This document shows positions 19,162 through 31,937 of a stretch of 64,000 bases of DNA, in pieces. The notes beneath the pieces are model-generated. The model was not told where the DNA came from, searched no databases, and worked only from the letters and a program-made list of their open reading frames with translations. Every line of letters starts with the position of its first letter. Within the stretch, counting starts at the first letter, position 1. Source of the stretch: Escherichia coli (lineage in GTDB: Bacteria; Pseudomonadota; Gammaproteobacteria; Enterobacterales; Enterobacteriaceae); NCBI RefSeq assembly GCF_044647545.1, contig NZ_CP172818.1; one strand, 5' to 3'. Made by a program: the position numbers and the translations under genes.

Positions 19162-19373
19162 TTCCGTGGCAAGACCTCTCCCCCGAAACGCTGGAAAATT
19201 TAATTGAAAGCTTTGTGTTACGTGAAGGCACCGATTATGGTGAACATGAGCGTACACTTGAACAGAAAGTCGCCGACGTCAAACGCCAGCTACAGTGCGG
19301 AGAAGCGGTGCTGGTATGGTCGGAGCTGCACGAAACGGTCAATATCATGCCGCGCAGTCAGTTTCGCGAATAA
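19155..19373 (+). CDS. yheU: UPF0270 family protein YheU
   Basis: 72 aa [32 protein letters not shown]...; overlaps yheT end. Confidence 0.8.
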
Positions 19374-19426
19374 CCTGCAACCGTCGGCGGACGAGATAAT
19401 AATGATAGCTAAGTCATGGAGTTACT

Positions 19427-20296
19427 ATGTCTGCCAAACATCCGGTCATTGCGGTAACAGGATCCAGCGGCGCGGGGACCACCACCACCAGCCTCGCGTT
19501 TCGTAAAATATTCGCGCAGTTAAATCTGCATGCAGCCGAGGTGGAAGGTGACAGTTTTCACCGTTACACCCGCCCGGAAATGGACATGGCGATCCGCAAA
19601 GCGCGCGACGCCGGGCGGCATATCAGCTACTTCGGCCCCGAAGCGAACGACTTCGGCCTGCTGGAACAAACCTTCATTGAATACGGTCAGAGCGGCAAAG
19701 GGAAATCTCGCAAATATCTGCATACCTACGACGAAGCCGTACCGTGGAATCAGGTACCGGGGACATTCACCCCATGGCAACCTTTACCGGAACCCACTGA
19801 TGTACTGTTTTATGAAGGTTTACACGGCGGCGTCGTCACGCCACAGCATAACGTTGCGCAGCATGTGGATTTACTGGTCGGCGTGGTGCCTATCGTTAAC
19901 CTTGAGTGGATTCAAAAATTGATCCGCGACACCAGCGAGCGCGGGCACTCACGAGAAGCAGTGATGGACTCAGTAGTGCGCTCAATGGAAGACTATATCA
20001 ACTACATCACACCGCAGTTTTCCCGCACCCATCTTAACTTCCAGCGCGTTCCCACCGTCGACACCTCAAACCCGTTCGCGGCAAAAGGTATCCCGTCGCT
20101 GGATGAAAGCTTTGTGGTGATCCATTTTCGTAATCTGGAAGGGATCGATTTCCCCTGGCTGCTGGCGATGTTGCAGGGCTCATTCATTTCCCACATCAAT
20201 ACGTTAGTGGTGCCCGGCGGCAAAATGGGTCTGGCAATGGAATTAATTATGCTGCCGCTGGTGCAACGATTGATGGAAGGAAAGAAAATCGAGTAA
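19427..20296 (+). CDS. prkB: Phosphoribulokinase homologue
   Basis: 289 aa ORF MSAKHPVIAVTGSSGAGTTTTSLAF... (P-loop). Confidence 0.85.
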   Translation: MSAKHPVIAVTGSSGAGTTTTSLAFRKIFAQLNLHAAEVEGDSFHRYTRPEMDMAIRKARDAGRHISYFGPEANDFGLLEQTFIEYGQSGKGKSRKYLHTYDEAVPWNQVPGTFTPWQPLPEPTDVLFYEGLHGGVVTPQHNVAQHVDLLVGVVPIVNLEWIQKLIRDTSERGHSREAVMDSVVRSMEDYINYITPQFSRTHLNFQRVPTVDTSNPFAAKGIPSLDESFVVIHFRNLEGIDFPWLLAMLQGSFISHINTLVVPGGKMGLAMELIMLPLVQRLMEGKKIE

Positions 20297-20350
20297 CTCT
20301 GCTATTACGCCGGATAAAATACTATCCGGCTTCACAACGGGATAGTTAAA

Positions 20351-20755
20351 TCACGCGGCAACCACTTCATACGAGTGAGTAATATTCACCGCTTTTTCCA
20401 GCATCAACGCCACTGAACAATATTTCTCAGCAGAGAGATCAACCGCACGCGCAACCGCTGCGTCTTTCAGGTCGCGACCGGTGACGATAAAATGCAGATT
20501 AATGTGCGTAAACAGGCGTGGTGCCTCTTCGCGGCGTTCAGAGGTCAATTTTACTTCACAATCGACCACATCCTGACGCCCTTTTTGCAGGATAGAAACC
20601 ACATCGATGGCACTGCAACCCCCCGCCGCCATCAACACCATTTCCATCGGACTTGGTGCTTTATCGCCTGAGTTGCCGTCCATTAAAATCTGGTGACCAG
20701 AGGCGGATTCGCCCAGAAAAGTTAACCCTTCGACCCACTTCACTCGCGCTTGCAT
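20351..20755 (-). CDS. yhfA: OsmC/Ohr family protein YhfA
   Basis: 134 aa ORF; divergent from crp. Confidence 0.8.
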   Translation of the reverse strand: MQARVKWVEGLTFLGESASGHQILMDGNSGDKAPSPMEMVLMAAGGCSAIDVVSILQKGRQDVVDCEVKLTSERREEAPRLFTHINLHFIVTGRDLKDAAVARAVDLSAEKYCSVALMLEKAVNITHSYEVVAA

Positions 20756-21056
20756 TTTTGCTACTCCACTGCGTCAATTTTCCTGACAGAGTACGCGTAC
20801 TAACCAAATCGCGCAACGGAAGGCGACCTGGGTCATGCTGAAGCGAGACACCAGGAGACACAAAGCGAAAGCTATGCTAAAACAGTCAGGATGCTACAGT
20901 AATACATTGATGTACTGCATGTATGCAAAGGACGTCACATTACCGTGCAGTACAGTTGATAGCCCCTTCCCAGGTAGCGGGAAGCATATTTCGGCAATCC
21001 AGAGACAGCGGCGTTATCTGGCTCTGGAGAAAGCTTATAACAGAGGATAACCGCGC
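20756..21056 (+). promoter_or_regulatory. crp promoter and long 5' leader region (divergent from yhfA)
   Basis: About 300 bp non-coding region immediately upstream of crp; individual sites not resolved by eye. Confidence 0.5.
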
Positions 21057-21689
21057 ATGGTGCTTGGCAAACCGCAAACAGACCCGACTCTCGAATGGTT
21101 CTTGTCTCATTGCCACATTCATAAGTACCCATCCAAGAGCACGCTTATTCACCAGGGTGAAAAAGCGGAAACGCTGTACTACATCGTTAAAGGCTCTGTG
21201 GCAGTGCTGATCAAAGACGAAGAGGGTAAAGAAATGATCCTCTCCTATCTGAATCAGGGTGATTTTATTGGCGAACTGGGCCTGTTTGAAGAGGGCCAGG
21301 AACGTAGCGCATGGGTACGTGCGAAAACCGCCTGTGAAGTGGCTGAAATTTCGTACAAAAAATTTCGCCAATTGATTCAGGTAAACCCGGACATTCTGAT
21401 GCGTCTGTCTGCACAGATGGCGCGTCGTCTGCAAGTCACTTCAGAGAAAGTGGGCAACCTGGCGTTCCTCGACGTGACGGGCCGCATTGCACAGACTCTG
21501 CTGAACCTGGCAAAACAACCAGATGCTATGACTCACCCGGACGGTATGCAAATCAAAATTACCCGTCAGGAAATCGGTCAGATTGTCGGCTGTTCTCGTG
21601 AAACCGTGGGACGCATTCTGAAGATGCTGGAAGATCAGAACCTGATCTCCGCACACGGTAAAACCATCGTCGTTTACGGCACTCGTTAA
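21057..21689 (+). CDS. crp: cAMP receptor protein (global transcription factor CRP)
   Basis: 210 aa [53 protein letters not shown]... with C-terminal [15 protein letters not shown]. Confidence 0.97.
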
Positions 21690-21701
21690 TCCCGTCGGAG
21701 T

Positions 21702-21730
21702 GGCGCGTTACCTGGTAGCGCGCCATTTTG
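21702..21730 (+). terminator. Rho-independent terminator of crp
   Basis: Hairpin ggcgcgttacctggtagcgcgcc followed by attttgttt. Confidence 0.65.
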
Positions 21731-23830
21731 TTTCCCCCGATGTGGCGCAGACTGATTTATCACCCCGATATTAACTATGCACTGCGACAAACGCTGGTGC
21801 TATGTTTGCCCGTGGCCGTTGGGTTAATGCTTGGCGAATTACGATTCGGTCTGCTCTTCTCCCTCGTTCCTGCCTGTTGCAATATTGCGGGCCTTGATAC
21901 GCCTCATAAACGTTTTTTCAAACGCTTAATCATTGGTGCGTCGCTGTTTGCCACCTGTAGCTTGCTGACACAGCTACTACTGGCAAGAGATGTTCCTCTG
22001 CCCTTTTTGCTGACCGGATTAACGCTGGTACTTGGCGTCACTGCTGAGCTGGGGCCATTGCACGCAAAATTGCTTCCCGCATCGCTGCTCGCCGCCATTT
22101 TTACCCTCAGTCTGGCGGGATACATGCCGGTCTGGGAACCGTTGCTCATCTATGCGCTGGGCACTTTGTGGTACGGATTGTTTAACTGGTTTTGGTTCTG
22201 GATCTGGCGCGAACAACCGCTACGCGAGTCACTAAGTCTGCTGTACCGTGAACTGGCAGATTACTGTGAAGCCAAATACAGCCTGCTTACCCAGCACACC
22301 GACCCTGAAAAAGCGCTGCCACCGCTGCTGGTGCGCCAGCAAAAAGCGGTCGATTTAATTACTCAGTGCTATCAGCAAATGCATATGCTTTCCGCGCAAA
22401 ATAATACCGATTACAAGCGGATGCTGCGTATTTTCCAGGAGGCGCTGGATTTGCAGGAACATATTTCGGTCAGTTTGCATCAGCCGGAAGAGGTGCAAAA
22501 GCTGGTCGAGCGTAGCCATGCGGAAGAAGTTATCCGCTGGAATGCGCAAACCGTCGCCGCTCGCCTGCGCGTGCTGGCTGATGACATTCTTTACCATCGC
22601 CTGCCAACGCGTTTTACGATGGAAAAGCAAATTGGCGCACTGGAAAAAATCGCCCGCCAACACCCGGATAATCCGGTTGGGCAATTCTGCTACTGGCATT
22701 TCAGCCGCATTGCCCGCGTGCTGCGCACCCAAAAACCGCTCTATGCCCGTGACTTACTGGCCGATAAACAGCGGCGAATGCCGTTACTTCCGGCGCTGAA
22801 AAGTTATCTGTCACTAAAGTCTCCGGCGCTACGCAATGCCGGACGACTCAGTGTGATGTTAAGCGTTGCCAGCCTGATGGGCACCGCACTGCATCTGCCG
22901 AAGTCGTACTGGATCCTGATGACGGTATTGCTGGTGACGCAAAATGGCTATGGCGCAACCCGTCTGAGGATTGTGAATCGCTCCGTGGGAACCGTGGTCG
23001 GGTTAATCATTGCGGGCGTGGCGCTGCACTTTAAAATTCCCGAAGGTTACACCCTGACCTTGATGCTGATTACCACCCTCGCCAGCTACCTGATATTGCG
23101 CAAAAACTACGGCTGGGCGACGGTCGGTTTTACCATTACCGCAGTGTATACCCTGCAACTGTTGTGGCTGAACGGTGAGCAGTACATCCTTCCGCGTCTT
23201 ATCGATACCATTATTGGTTGTTTAATTGCTTTCGGTGGTACTGTCTGGCTGTGGCCGCAGTGGCAGAGCGGGTTATTGCGTAAGAACGCCCATGACGCTT
23301 TAGAAGCCTATCAGGACGCGATTCGCTTGATTCTGAGCGAGGACCCGCAACCTACGCCACTGGCCTGGCAGCGAATGCGGGTAAATCAGGCGCATAATAC
23401 TCTGTATAACTCATTGAATCAGGCGATGCAGGAACCGGCGTTTAACAGCCATTATCTGGCAGATATGAAACTGTGGGTAACGCACAGCCAGTTTATTGTT
23501 GAGCATATTAATGCCATGACCACGCTGGCGCGGGAACACCGGGCATTGCCACCGGAACTGGCACAAGAGTATTTACAGTCTTGTGAAATCGCCATTCAGC
23601 GTTGTCAGCAGCGACTGGAGTATGATGAACCGGGTAGTTCTGGCGATGCCAATATCATGGATGCGCCGGAGATGCAGCCGCACGAAGGCGCGGCAGGTAC
23701 GCTGGAGCAGCATTTACAGCGGGTTATTGGTCATCTGAACACCATGCACACCATTTCGTCGATGGCATGGCGTCAGCGACCGCATCACGGGATTTGGCTG
23801 AGTCGCAAGTTGCGGGATTCGAAGGCGTAA
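21728..23830 (+). CDS. yhfK: Inner-membrane protein YhfK (FUSC-like family)
   Basis: 700 aa ORF with many hydrophobic segments; true start may be the Met 4 codons downstream. Confidence 0.8.
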   Translation: MFPPMWRRLIYHPDINYALRQTLVLCLPVAVGLMLGELRFGLLFSLVPACCNIAGLDTPHKRFFKRLIIGASLFATCSLLTQLLLARDVPLPFLLTGLTLVLGVTAELGPLHAKLLPASLLAAIFTLSLAGYMPVWEPLLIYALGTLWYGLFNWFWFWIWREQPLRESLSLLYRELADYCEAKYSLLTQHTDPEKALPPLLVRQQKAVDLITQCYQQMHMLSAQNNTDYKRMLRIFQEALDLQEHISVSLHQPEEVQKLVERSHAEEVIRWNAQTVAARLRVLADDILYHRLPTRFTMEKQIGALEKIARQHPDNPVGQFCYWHFSRIARVLRTQKPLYARDLLADKQRRMPLLPALKSYLSLKSPALRNAGRLSVMLSVASLMGTALHLPKSYWILMTVLLVTQNGYGATRLRIVNRSVGTVVGLIIAGVALHFKIPEGYTLTLMLITTLASYLILRKNYGWATVGFTITAVYTLQLLWLNGEQYILPRLIDTIIGCLIAFGGTVWLWPQWQSGLLRKNAHDALEAYQDAIRLILSEDPQPTPLAWQRMRVNQAHNTLYNSLNQAMQEPAFNSHYLADMKLWVTHSQFIVEHINAMTTLAREHRALPPELAQEYLQSCEIAIQRCQQRLEYDEPGSSGDANIMDAPEMQPHEGAAGTLEQHLQRVIGHLNTMHTISSMAWRQRPHHGIWLSRKLRDSKA

Positions 23831-23852
23831 TGCAGGCTAAACCATCGGATAC

Positions 23853-23892
23853 AGCGTTCACGCCGCATCCGACATCTTTTGCCTGATGCGTC
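23853..23892. repeat. REP (repetitive extragenic palindromic) element pair
   Basis: gcgttcacgccgcatccg is the reverse complement of the REP core CGGATGCGGCGTGAACGC; gcctgatgcg follows. Confidence 0.6.
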
Positions 23893-25131
<1,239 letters not shown>

Positions 25132-25201
25132 TTACGCATAAACCAATGTGAAATTATAATCACAAAATATGCATAAAAAATCACTTAATAGCAATCAGAA
25201 A

Positions 25202-25765
25202 TCAGCGATGCAGGAAATTAGCCAGCAGTTGATGTCCTTGTTCGCTGAGAATACTTTCTGGATGGAACTGCACACCTTCCAGATCCCACTGGCGATGGCG
25301 AATCCCCATAATCTCGCGGGTTTCGCTCCAGGCCGTCACTTCAAAGCACGCTGGTAATGAGTTAGGTTCCACCACCAGCGAATGGTAGCGTGTCACGGTA
25401 AGTGGATTTGCCAGCCCCCGAAATACGCCCTCACCGCTATGTGTAATCGGCGAGGTTTTGCCGTGCATGACCTTTGCGGCGCGCACAACTTTGCCACCAA
25501 ATGCCTGCGCCATTGCCTGATGACCGAGGCAAACGCCAAGAATCGGCAAGCACCCGACATAGTGGCGAATAACGTCAAGGGAGATCCCGGCTTCATCTGG
25601 CGTACAGGGGCCGGGTGAGATGACAATTTTTTGTGGTTTAAGGGCGTCGATATCCGCCAGCGTCAACGCATCGTTGCGCTTAACCAGCACATCCGCCCCC
25701 AGTTCACAAAAGTACTGGTAGAGGTTCCAGGTAAAAGAATCGTAGTTATCAATAAGCAGGATCAT
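25202..25765 (-). CDS. pabA: Aminodeoxychorismate synthase glutamine amidotransferase subunit
   Basis: 187 aa [31 protein letters not shown]... with GVCLGHQ catalytic Cys motif. Confidence 0.92.
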   Translation of the reverse strand: MILLIDNYDSFTWNLYQYFCELGADVLVKRNDALTLADIDALKPQKIVISPGPCTPDEAGISLDVIRHYVGCLPILGVCLGHQAMAQAFGGKVVRAAKVMHGKTSPITHSGEGVFRGLANPLTVTRYHSLVVEPNSLPACFEVTAWSETREIMGIRHRQWDLEGVQFHPESILSEQGHQLLANFLHR

Positions 25766-25796
25766 GGCGGCTCCGGTACGAAAGAACCGCGCTATT

Positions 25797-26399
25797 TTAC
25801 TCAGATTCCCCGGCTTCGCTTACCACTTTGCTAAATATCATCTGCAGTGCGGTGAGATCCCCCATTGCCCCACTCTGATTTGCCTGATTCCAGGCCTCTT
25901 TTTCGATACCCTGCCAGCTCAGTTGGTAGCCCGCATGAATCGCTAGTTGCTCGAAGAAGATCCGCTGTGCCAGACCACTTCCCACCCGGAAGGGATGCAG
26001 CACGTTGATTTCACAATAGTAATGCGCCAGCCGCTCGACGAACTTCGCTTTCTTCAGGCCAACCAGATAACCTTCTTCCTCCAGATCCTGCATCAGGGCA
26101 TTGCCCTCTTTTTCGATATAAGCAAAGTGGCAGAACGGCGTATCTCCCTGATAAATATCGACTTCGCGCAGTTGCCCCGCCCAGTCGAAAATATCCTGAT
26201 ACAGCTGGCGATGGATAGTGCGCAAATGCGGTAAACCGCGCACCAGCGGACCAAGCTCAATGGTCGCAGCACGTAGCGCCGTCATTTCGTAAGCGGCCTG
26301 TTCCAGCCGCTGCTGCTGGCGGATGTTCAGCCGGTTACGCATGATATCAAGGCCTGGATAAAGATACGGATCGCGCCCTTCGCCGAATTTATCGCTCAT
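25797..26399 (-). CDS. fic: Fic-family protein (cell filamentation protein Fic)
   Basis: 200 aa [32 protein letters not shown]...; Fic-motif region reads [12 protein letters not shown]. Confidence 0.85.
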   Translation of the reverse strand: MSDKFGEGRDPYLYPGLDIMRNRLNIRQQQRLEQAAYEMTALRAATIELGPLVRGLPHLRTIHRQLYQDIFDWAGQLREVDIYQGDTPFCHFAYIEKEGNALMQDLEEEGYLVGLKKAKFVERLAHYYCEINVLHPFRVGSGLAQRIFFEQLAIHAGYQLSWQGIEKEAWNQANQSGAMGDLTALQMIFSKVVSEAGESE

Positions 26400-26556
26400 A
26401 GTGCCCCCTCAGCGCTTCAAGACGCGCTAAAGCCTCTGCGGCAGTAAGAGTGACTAAAGGCATCTCGACGCCTTCAAGACGGCGACTGGCCTGGAAATTA
26501 CGATTACGCTGAAGCTCCCAGAGACGGGACTTTTGCTTATCGGTGAGTTTCTTCAC
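26389..26556 (-). CDS. yhfG: Small protein YhfG (Fic partner / putative antitoxin-like protein)
   Basis: 55-codon ORF from GTG with GGAGG-like RBS; stop overlaps the fic start; absent from the ORF track because under 60 aa. Confidence 0.65.
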   Translation of the reverse strand: MKKLTDKQKSRLWELQRNRNFQASRRLEGVEMPLVTLTAAEALARLEALRGHYER

Positions 26557-26660
26557 TTGATGCCTCCCTGAACGTGTCCATTTGCCACAAGTATAAGCGG
26601 CAAATCCGGGTTACGCCGGGAGAGCAGAAGCGCGGGCAAGATTGCCCGCGCGAGAAATCA

Positions 26661-27242
<582 letters not shown>

Positions 27243-27503
27243 TTAACAAACAGAGCAGAAAAAAAGCAAGTGAAGAGATTCTAAATAGCCTTCAAGAACA
27301 AGGCCATCCCTTTACCTAATTTTACGTATCTGAAATATATGTAACCTGACGGTCACTTTTTATTCCGTGATCAAAATCACCTCTTAAAATGCAATTTAGC
27401 AACCGATTGCAATAAAACATTTAATCAGATCACAAAATCGCCTAAAATCGCCCGCTCGCGGCATAGCCCGCTATGCCATTTTATTTTTGAACGCAGGCCA
27501 ATC

Positions 27504-28685
27504 ATGACTAACAGCAATCGCATCAAGCTCACATGGATTAGCTTTCTTTCCTACGCACTGACCGGTGCGTTGGTTATTGTCACCGGGATGGTGATGGGAA
27601 ATATCGCCGATTATTTCAATCTGCCTGTTTCCAGTATGAGTAATACCTTCACCTTCCTCAACGCCGGCATTTTAATCTCTATCTTCCTCAACGCCTGGCT
27701 GATGGAAATCGTCCCGTTGAAAACGCAGTTACGTTTTGGCTTTCTCCTGATGGTGCTGGCGGTTGCCGGTTTGATGTTCAGCCACAGCCTGGCACTGTTC
27801 TCGGCGGCGATGTTCATTCTCGGGGTGGTCAGCGGCATCACCATGTCGATTGGTACATTCCTGGTAACACAAATGTATGAAGGACGTCAGCGCGGTTCAC
27901 GCCTGTTATTTACCGACTCCTTCTTCAGTATGGCCGGGATGATTTTCCCAATGATCGCCGCGTTTCTGCTGGCGCGCAGCATTGAGTGGTACTGGGTTTA
28001 TGCCTGCATCGGGCTGGTGTACGTCGCTATCTTTATTCTGACCTTCGGCTGTGAGTTCCCGGCGCTGGGTAAACATGCGCCAAAAACGGACGCTCCGGTA
28101 GCGAAAGAAAAATGGGGGATCGGCGTGCTGTTTCTCTCCATTGCGGCACTGTGCTACATCCTCGGTCAGTTAGGTTTTATCTCCTGGGTGCCTGAGTATG
28201 CCAAAGGCCTGGGCATGAGCCTGAACGACGCGGGCACGCTGGTGAGTAACTTCTGGATGTCATACATGGTCGGCATGTGGGCGTTCAGCTTTATTCTTCG
28301 CTTCTTTGATTTGCAACGCATTCTGACCGTACTGGCTGGTCTGGCTGCGATTCTGATGTACGTCTTTAACACCGGAACACCGGCACATATGGCGTGGTCA
28401 ATTCTCGCCCTGGGCTTCTTCTCCAGCGCGATCTATACCACCATCATCACTTTGGGTTCACAGCAGACAAAAGTACCGTCGCCAAAACTGGTTAACTTTG
28501 TCCTGACCTGCGGGACCATCGGTACTATGTTGACCTTTGTGGTTACCGGCCCGATTGTTGAACATAGCGGTCCGCAGGCGGCGCTGCTGACGGCAAACGG
28601 TCTGTACGCTGTCGTCTTTGTGATGTGCTTCCTGTTAGGTTTCGTCAGCCGTCACCGTCAGCATAACACCCTGACCTCTCATTAA
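27504..28685 (+). CDS. tsgA: MFS-type membrane protein TsgA
   Basis: 393 aa multi-[33 protein letters not shown]... Confidence 0.85.
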
Positions 28686-28845
28686 TTGCTCATGCCGGGC
28701 GGCACTATCGTCGTCCGGCCTTTTCCTCTCTTACCGCGCTACGTACATCTATTTCTATAAACCCGCTCAATTTGTCTGTTTTTTGTACAAACATGAAATG
28801 TCAGACAATTCCGTGACTTAAGAAAATTTATACAAATCAGCAACA

Positions 28846-28861
28846 TACCTCTTAAGGAGTA
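28846..28861 (+). promoter_or_regulatory. NarL/NarP 7-2-7 binding site of the nirB promoter
   Basis: TACCTCT-TA-AGGAGTA inverted heptamers, centred about 27 bp upstream of the FNR box, as in the characterised nirB promoter. Confidence 0.6.
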
Positions 28862-28873
28862 TATAAAGGTGAA

Positions 28874-28887
28874 TTTGATTTACATCA
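28874..28887 (+). promoter_or_regulatory. FNR binding site of the nirB promoter
   Basis: Perfect TTGAT-N4-ATCAA (TTGATTTACATCAA); TAAGGT -10 at 28909..28914; about 60 nt upstream of the nirB ATG. Confidence 0.75.
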
Positions 28888-28946
28888 ATAAGCGGGGTTG
28901 CTGAATCGTTAAGGTAGGCGGTAATAGAAAAGAAATCGAGGCAAAA

Positions 28947-31490
28947 ATGAGCAAAGTCAGACTCGCAATTATCGGTAACGGTATGGTCGGCCATCGCTTT
29001 ATCGAAGATCTTCTTGATAAATCTGATGCGGCCAACTTTGATATTACCGTTTTCTGTGAAGAACCGCGCATCGCTTATGACCGCGTACACCTCTCGTCTT
29101 ACTTCTCTCACCACACCGCCGAAGAGCTGTCGCTGGTGCGCGAAGGCTTCTACGAGAAACACGGCATCAAAGTTCTGGTCGGCGAACGCGCTATCACCAT
29201 CAACCGTCAGGAGAAGGTGATTCACTCCAGCGCCGGGCGCACCGTTTTTTATGACAAGCTGATCATGGCGACCGGTTCCTACCCGTGGATCCCGCCAATC
29301 AAAGGTTCTGATACTCAGGACTGCTTTGTCTATCGCACTATTGAAGACCTCAACGCCATTGAATCCTGCGCCCGTCGCAGCAAACGCGGTGCCGTTGTTG
29401 GTGGCGGCCTGTTAGGTCTGGAAGCCGCTGGCGCGCTGAAAAACTTAGGTATTGAAACCCACGTTATCGAATTTGCCCCTATGCTGATGGCGGAACAGCT
29501 TGATCAGATGGGTGGCGAGCAGCTGCGTCGCAAAATCGAAAGTATGGGCGTGCGCGTTCACACCAGCAAAAACACCCTTGAGATTGTGCAGGAAGGTGTC
29601 GAAGCGCGTAAAACCATGCGTTTTGCCGACGGCAGCGAGCTGGAAGTCGACTTTATCGTCTTCTCAACCGGTATCCGTCCGCGCGATAAGCTGGCAACCC
29701 AGTGTGGTCTGGACGTTGCTCCGCGTGGGGGTATTGTCATCAATGATTCCTGCCAGACTTCCGATCCGGATATCTACGCCATCGGTGAATGCGCAAGCTG
29801 GAACAACCGTGTATTTGGTCTGGTAGCACCTGGCTACAAAATGGCGCAGGTCGCCGTTGACCATATTCTTGGTAGCGAAAACGCCTTTGAAGGTGCTGAC
29901 CTTAGCGCCAAGTTGAAACTGCTGGGCGTAGACGTAGGTGGTATTGGTGATGCGCACGGTCGCACGCCTGGCGCACGTAGCTACGTTTACCTCGACGAAA
30001 GCAAAGAGATCTACAAACGCCTTATTGTCAGCGAAGACAACAAAACCCTGCTCGGTGCGGTACTGGTGGGCGATACCAGCGACTACGGCAACCTGCTGCA
30101 ACTGGTGCTGAACGCTATCGAGCTGCCGGAAAACCCGGATTCTCTGATTCTGCCGGCGCACTCTGGTAGCGGTAAGCCGTCTATCGGTGTTGATAAACTG
30201 CCGGACAGCGCGCAAATCTGCTCCTGCTTCGACGTCACCAAAGGCGACCTGATTGCTGCTATCAACAAAGGCTGCCACACCGTTGCGGCGCTGAAAGCTG
30301 AAACCAAAGCGGGTACTGGCTGCGGTGGCTGTATCCCGCTGGTCACTCAGGTACTGAACGCGGAACTGGCGAAGCAGGGCATCGAAGTTAACAACAACCT
30401 GTGCGAACACTTTGCTTATTCGCGTCAGGAACTGTTCCATTTAATCCGCGTTGAAGGCATTAAAACCTTCGAAGAACTGCTGGCGAAACACGGCAAAGGC
30501 TACGGTTGTGAAGTTTGTAAACCGACCGTCGGTTCGCTGCTGGCCTCCTGCTGGAACGAATACATTCTGAAGCCGGAACATACTCCGCTGCAGGATTCAA
30601 ACGACAACTTCCTCGCTAACATCCAGAAAGACGGCACCTACTCGGTGATCCCGCGTTCTCCGGGCGGTGAAATCACCCCGGAAGGGCTGATGGCAGTAGG
30701 TCGTATCGCGCGTGAATTTAATCTCTACACCAAAATCACCGGCTCCCAGCGCCTGGCGATGTTTGGCGCACAGAAAGACGATCTGCCGGAGATCTGGCGT
30801 CAGCTGATTGAAGCCGGCTTCGAAACCGGTCATGCCTATGCGAAAGCACTGCGTATGGCGAAAACCTGCGTGGGTAGCACCTGGTGCCGCTACGGCGTTG
30901 GCGATAGCGTCGGCCTCGGCGTGGAACTGGAAAACCGCTACAAAGGCATCCGTACTCCGCACAAAATGAAGTTTGGTGTCTCCGGCTGTACCCGTGAATG
31001 TTCAGAAGCTCAGGGTAAGGACGTGGGTATCATCGCCACCGAAAAAGGCTGGAACCTCTACGTTTGTGGTAACGGCGGCATGAAACCGCGTCATGCGGAT
31101 CTGCTGGCGGCGGATATCGATCGCGAAACGCTGATCAAATATCTCGACCGCTTCATGATGTTCTACATCCGTACTGCCGACAAACTGACGCGTACCGCGC
31201 CGTGGTTAGAAAACCTTGAAGGCGGCATCGATTACCTGAAAGCGGTGATCATTGACGACAAACTGGGGCTGAACGCACATCTGGAAGAAGAGATGGCGCG
31301 CCTGCGTGAAGCGGTAGTATGTGAGTGGACTGAGACGGTCAATACACCGTCCGCGCAGACTCGCTTCAAACACTTCATCAACAGCGACAAGCGTGACCCG
31401 AACGTGCAGATGGTGCCAGAGCGCGAACAGCACCGTCCGGCAACGCCGTATGAACGTATCCCGGTAACTCTGGTGGAGGACAACGCATGA
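28947..31490 (+). CDS. nirB: NADH-dependent nitrite reductase large subunit
   Basis: 847 aa ORF MSKVRLAIIGNGMVGHRFIEDLL... with FAD/NAD Rossmann motifs and sirohaem/Fe-S Cys motifs. Confidence 0.95.
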   Translation: MSKVRLAIIGNGMVGHRFIEDLLDKSDAANFDITVFCEEPRIAYDRVHLSSYFSHHTAEELSLVREGFYEKHGIKVLVGERAITINRQEKVIHSSAGRTVFYDKLIMATGSYPWIPPIKGSDTQDCFVYRTIEDLNAIESCARRSKRGAVVGGGLLGLEAAGALKNLGIETHVIEFAPMLMAEQLDQMGGEQLRRKIESMGVRVHTSKNTLEIVQEGVEARKTMRFADGSELEVDFIVFSTGIRPRDKLATQCGLDVAPRGGIVINDSCQTSDPDIYAIGECASWNNRVFGLVAPGYKMAQVAVDHILGSENAFEGADLSAKLKLLGVDVGGIGDAHGRTPGARSYVYLDESKEIYKRLIVSEDNKTLLGAVLVGDTSDYGNLLQLVLNAIELPENPDSLILPAHSGSGKPSIGVDKLPDSAQICSCFDVTKGDLIAAINKGCHTVAALKAETKAGTGCGGCIPLVTQVLNAELAKQGIEVNNNLCEHFAYSRQELFHLIRVEGIKTFEELLAKHGKGYGCEVCKPTVGSLLASCWNEYILKPEHTPLQDSNDNFLANIQKDGTYSVIPRSPGGEITPEGLMAVGRIAREFNLYTKITGSQRLAMFGAQKDDLPEIWRQLIEAGFETGHAYAKALRMAKTCVGSTWCRYGVGDSVGLGVELENRYKGIRTPHKMKFGVSGCTRECSEAQGKDVGIIATEKGWNLYVCGNGGMKPRHADLLAADIDRETLIKYLDRFMMFYIRTADKLTRTAPWLENLEGGIDYLKAVIIDDKLGLNAHLEEEMARLREAVVCEWTETVNTPSAQTRFKHFINSDKRDPNVQMVPEREQHRPATPYERIPVTLVEDNA

Positions 31491-31813
31491 GCCAGTGGAA
31501 AGACATCTGCAAAATCGATGACATCCTGCCTGAAACCGGCGTCTGCGCGCTGTTAGGTGACGAGCAGGTAGCAATTTTCCGCCCGTATCACAGCGACCAG
31601 GTGTTTGCGATCAGCAACATCGACCCGTTCTTCGAGTCCAGCGTGCTGTCACGCGGGCTGATTGCGGAACACCAGGGCGAGCTGTGGGTCGCCAGCCCGC
31701 TGAAAAAACAGCGTTTTCGCTTAAGCGACGGCTTGTGCATGGAAGACGAACAGTTTTCCGTCAAGCATTACGACGCGCGAGTGAAAGACGGCGTGGTGCA
31801 GCTACGCGGTTAA
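31487..31813 (+). CDS. nirD: Nitrite reductase small subunit
   Basis: 108 aa ORF MSQWKDICKIDDILPETGVCALLGDEQVAIFRP...; 4-nt overlap with nirB. Confidence 0.92.
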   Translation: MSQWKDICKIDDILPETGVCALLGDEQVAIFRPYHSDQVFAISNIDPFFESSVLSRGLIAEHQGELWVASPLKKQRFRLSDGLCMEDEQFSVKHYDARVKDGVVQLRG

Positions 31814-31937
31814 TGTTTTAACGGGAGGCACAATGCCTCCCCTTTTTGCATGGTCCTGTAATAACCTTGGTATATTGCAGGACATTTTTTAAACTTTTTG
31901 TTTTATTTTTTGTTTTTATTTTTTAAAGGATAATCAA

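Noticed and set aside
20309-20330. Inverted repeat gccggataaaatactatccggc after prkB as a possible intrinsic terminator
   Set aside because: No U-tract follows on either strand; more likely a REP-like or protein-binding palindrome, so not annotated as a terminator
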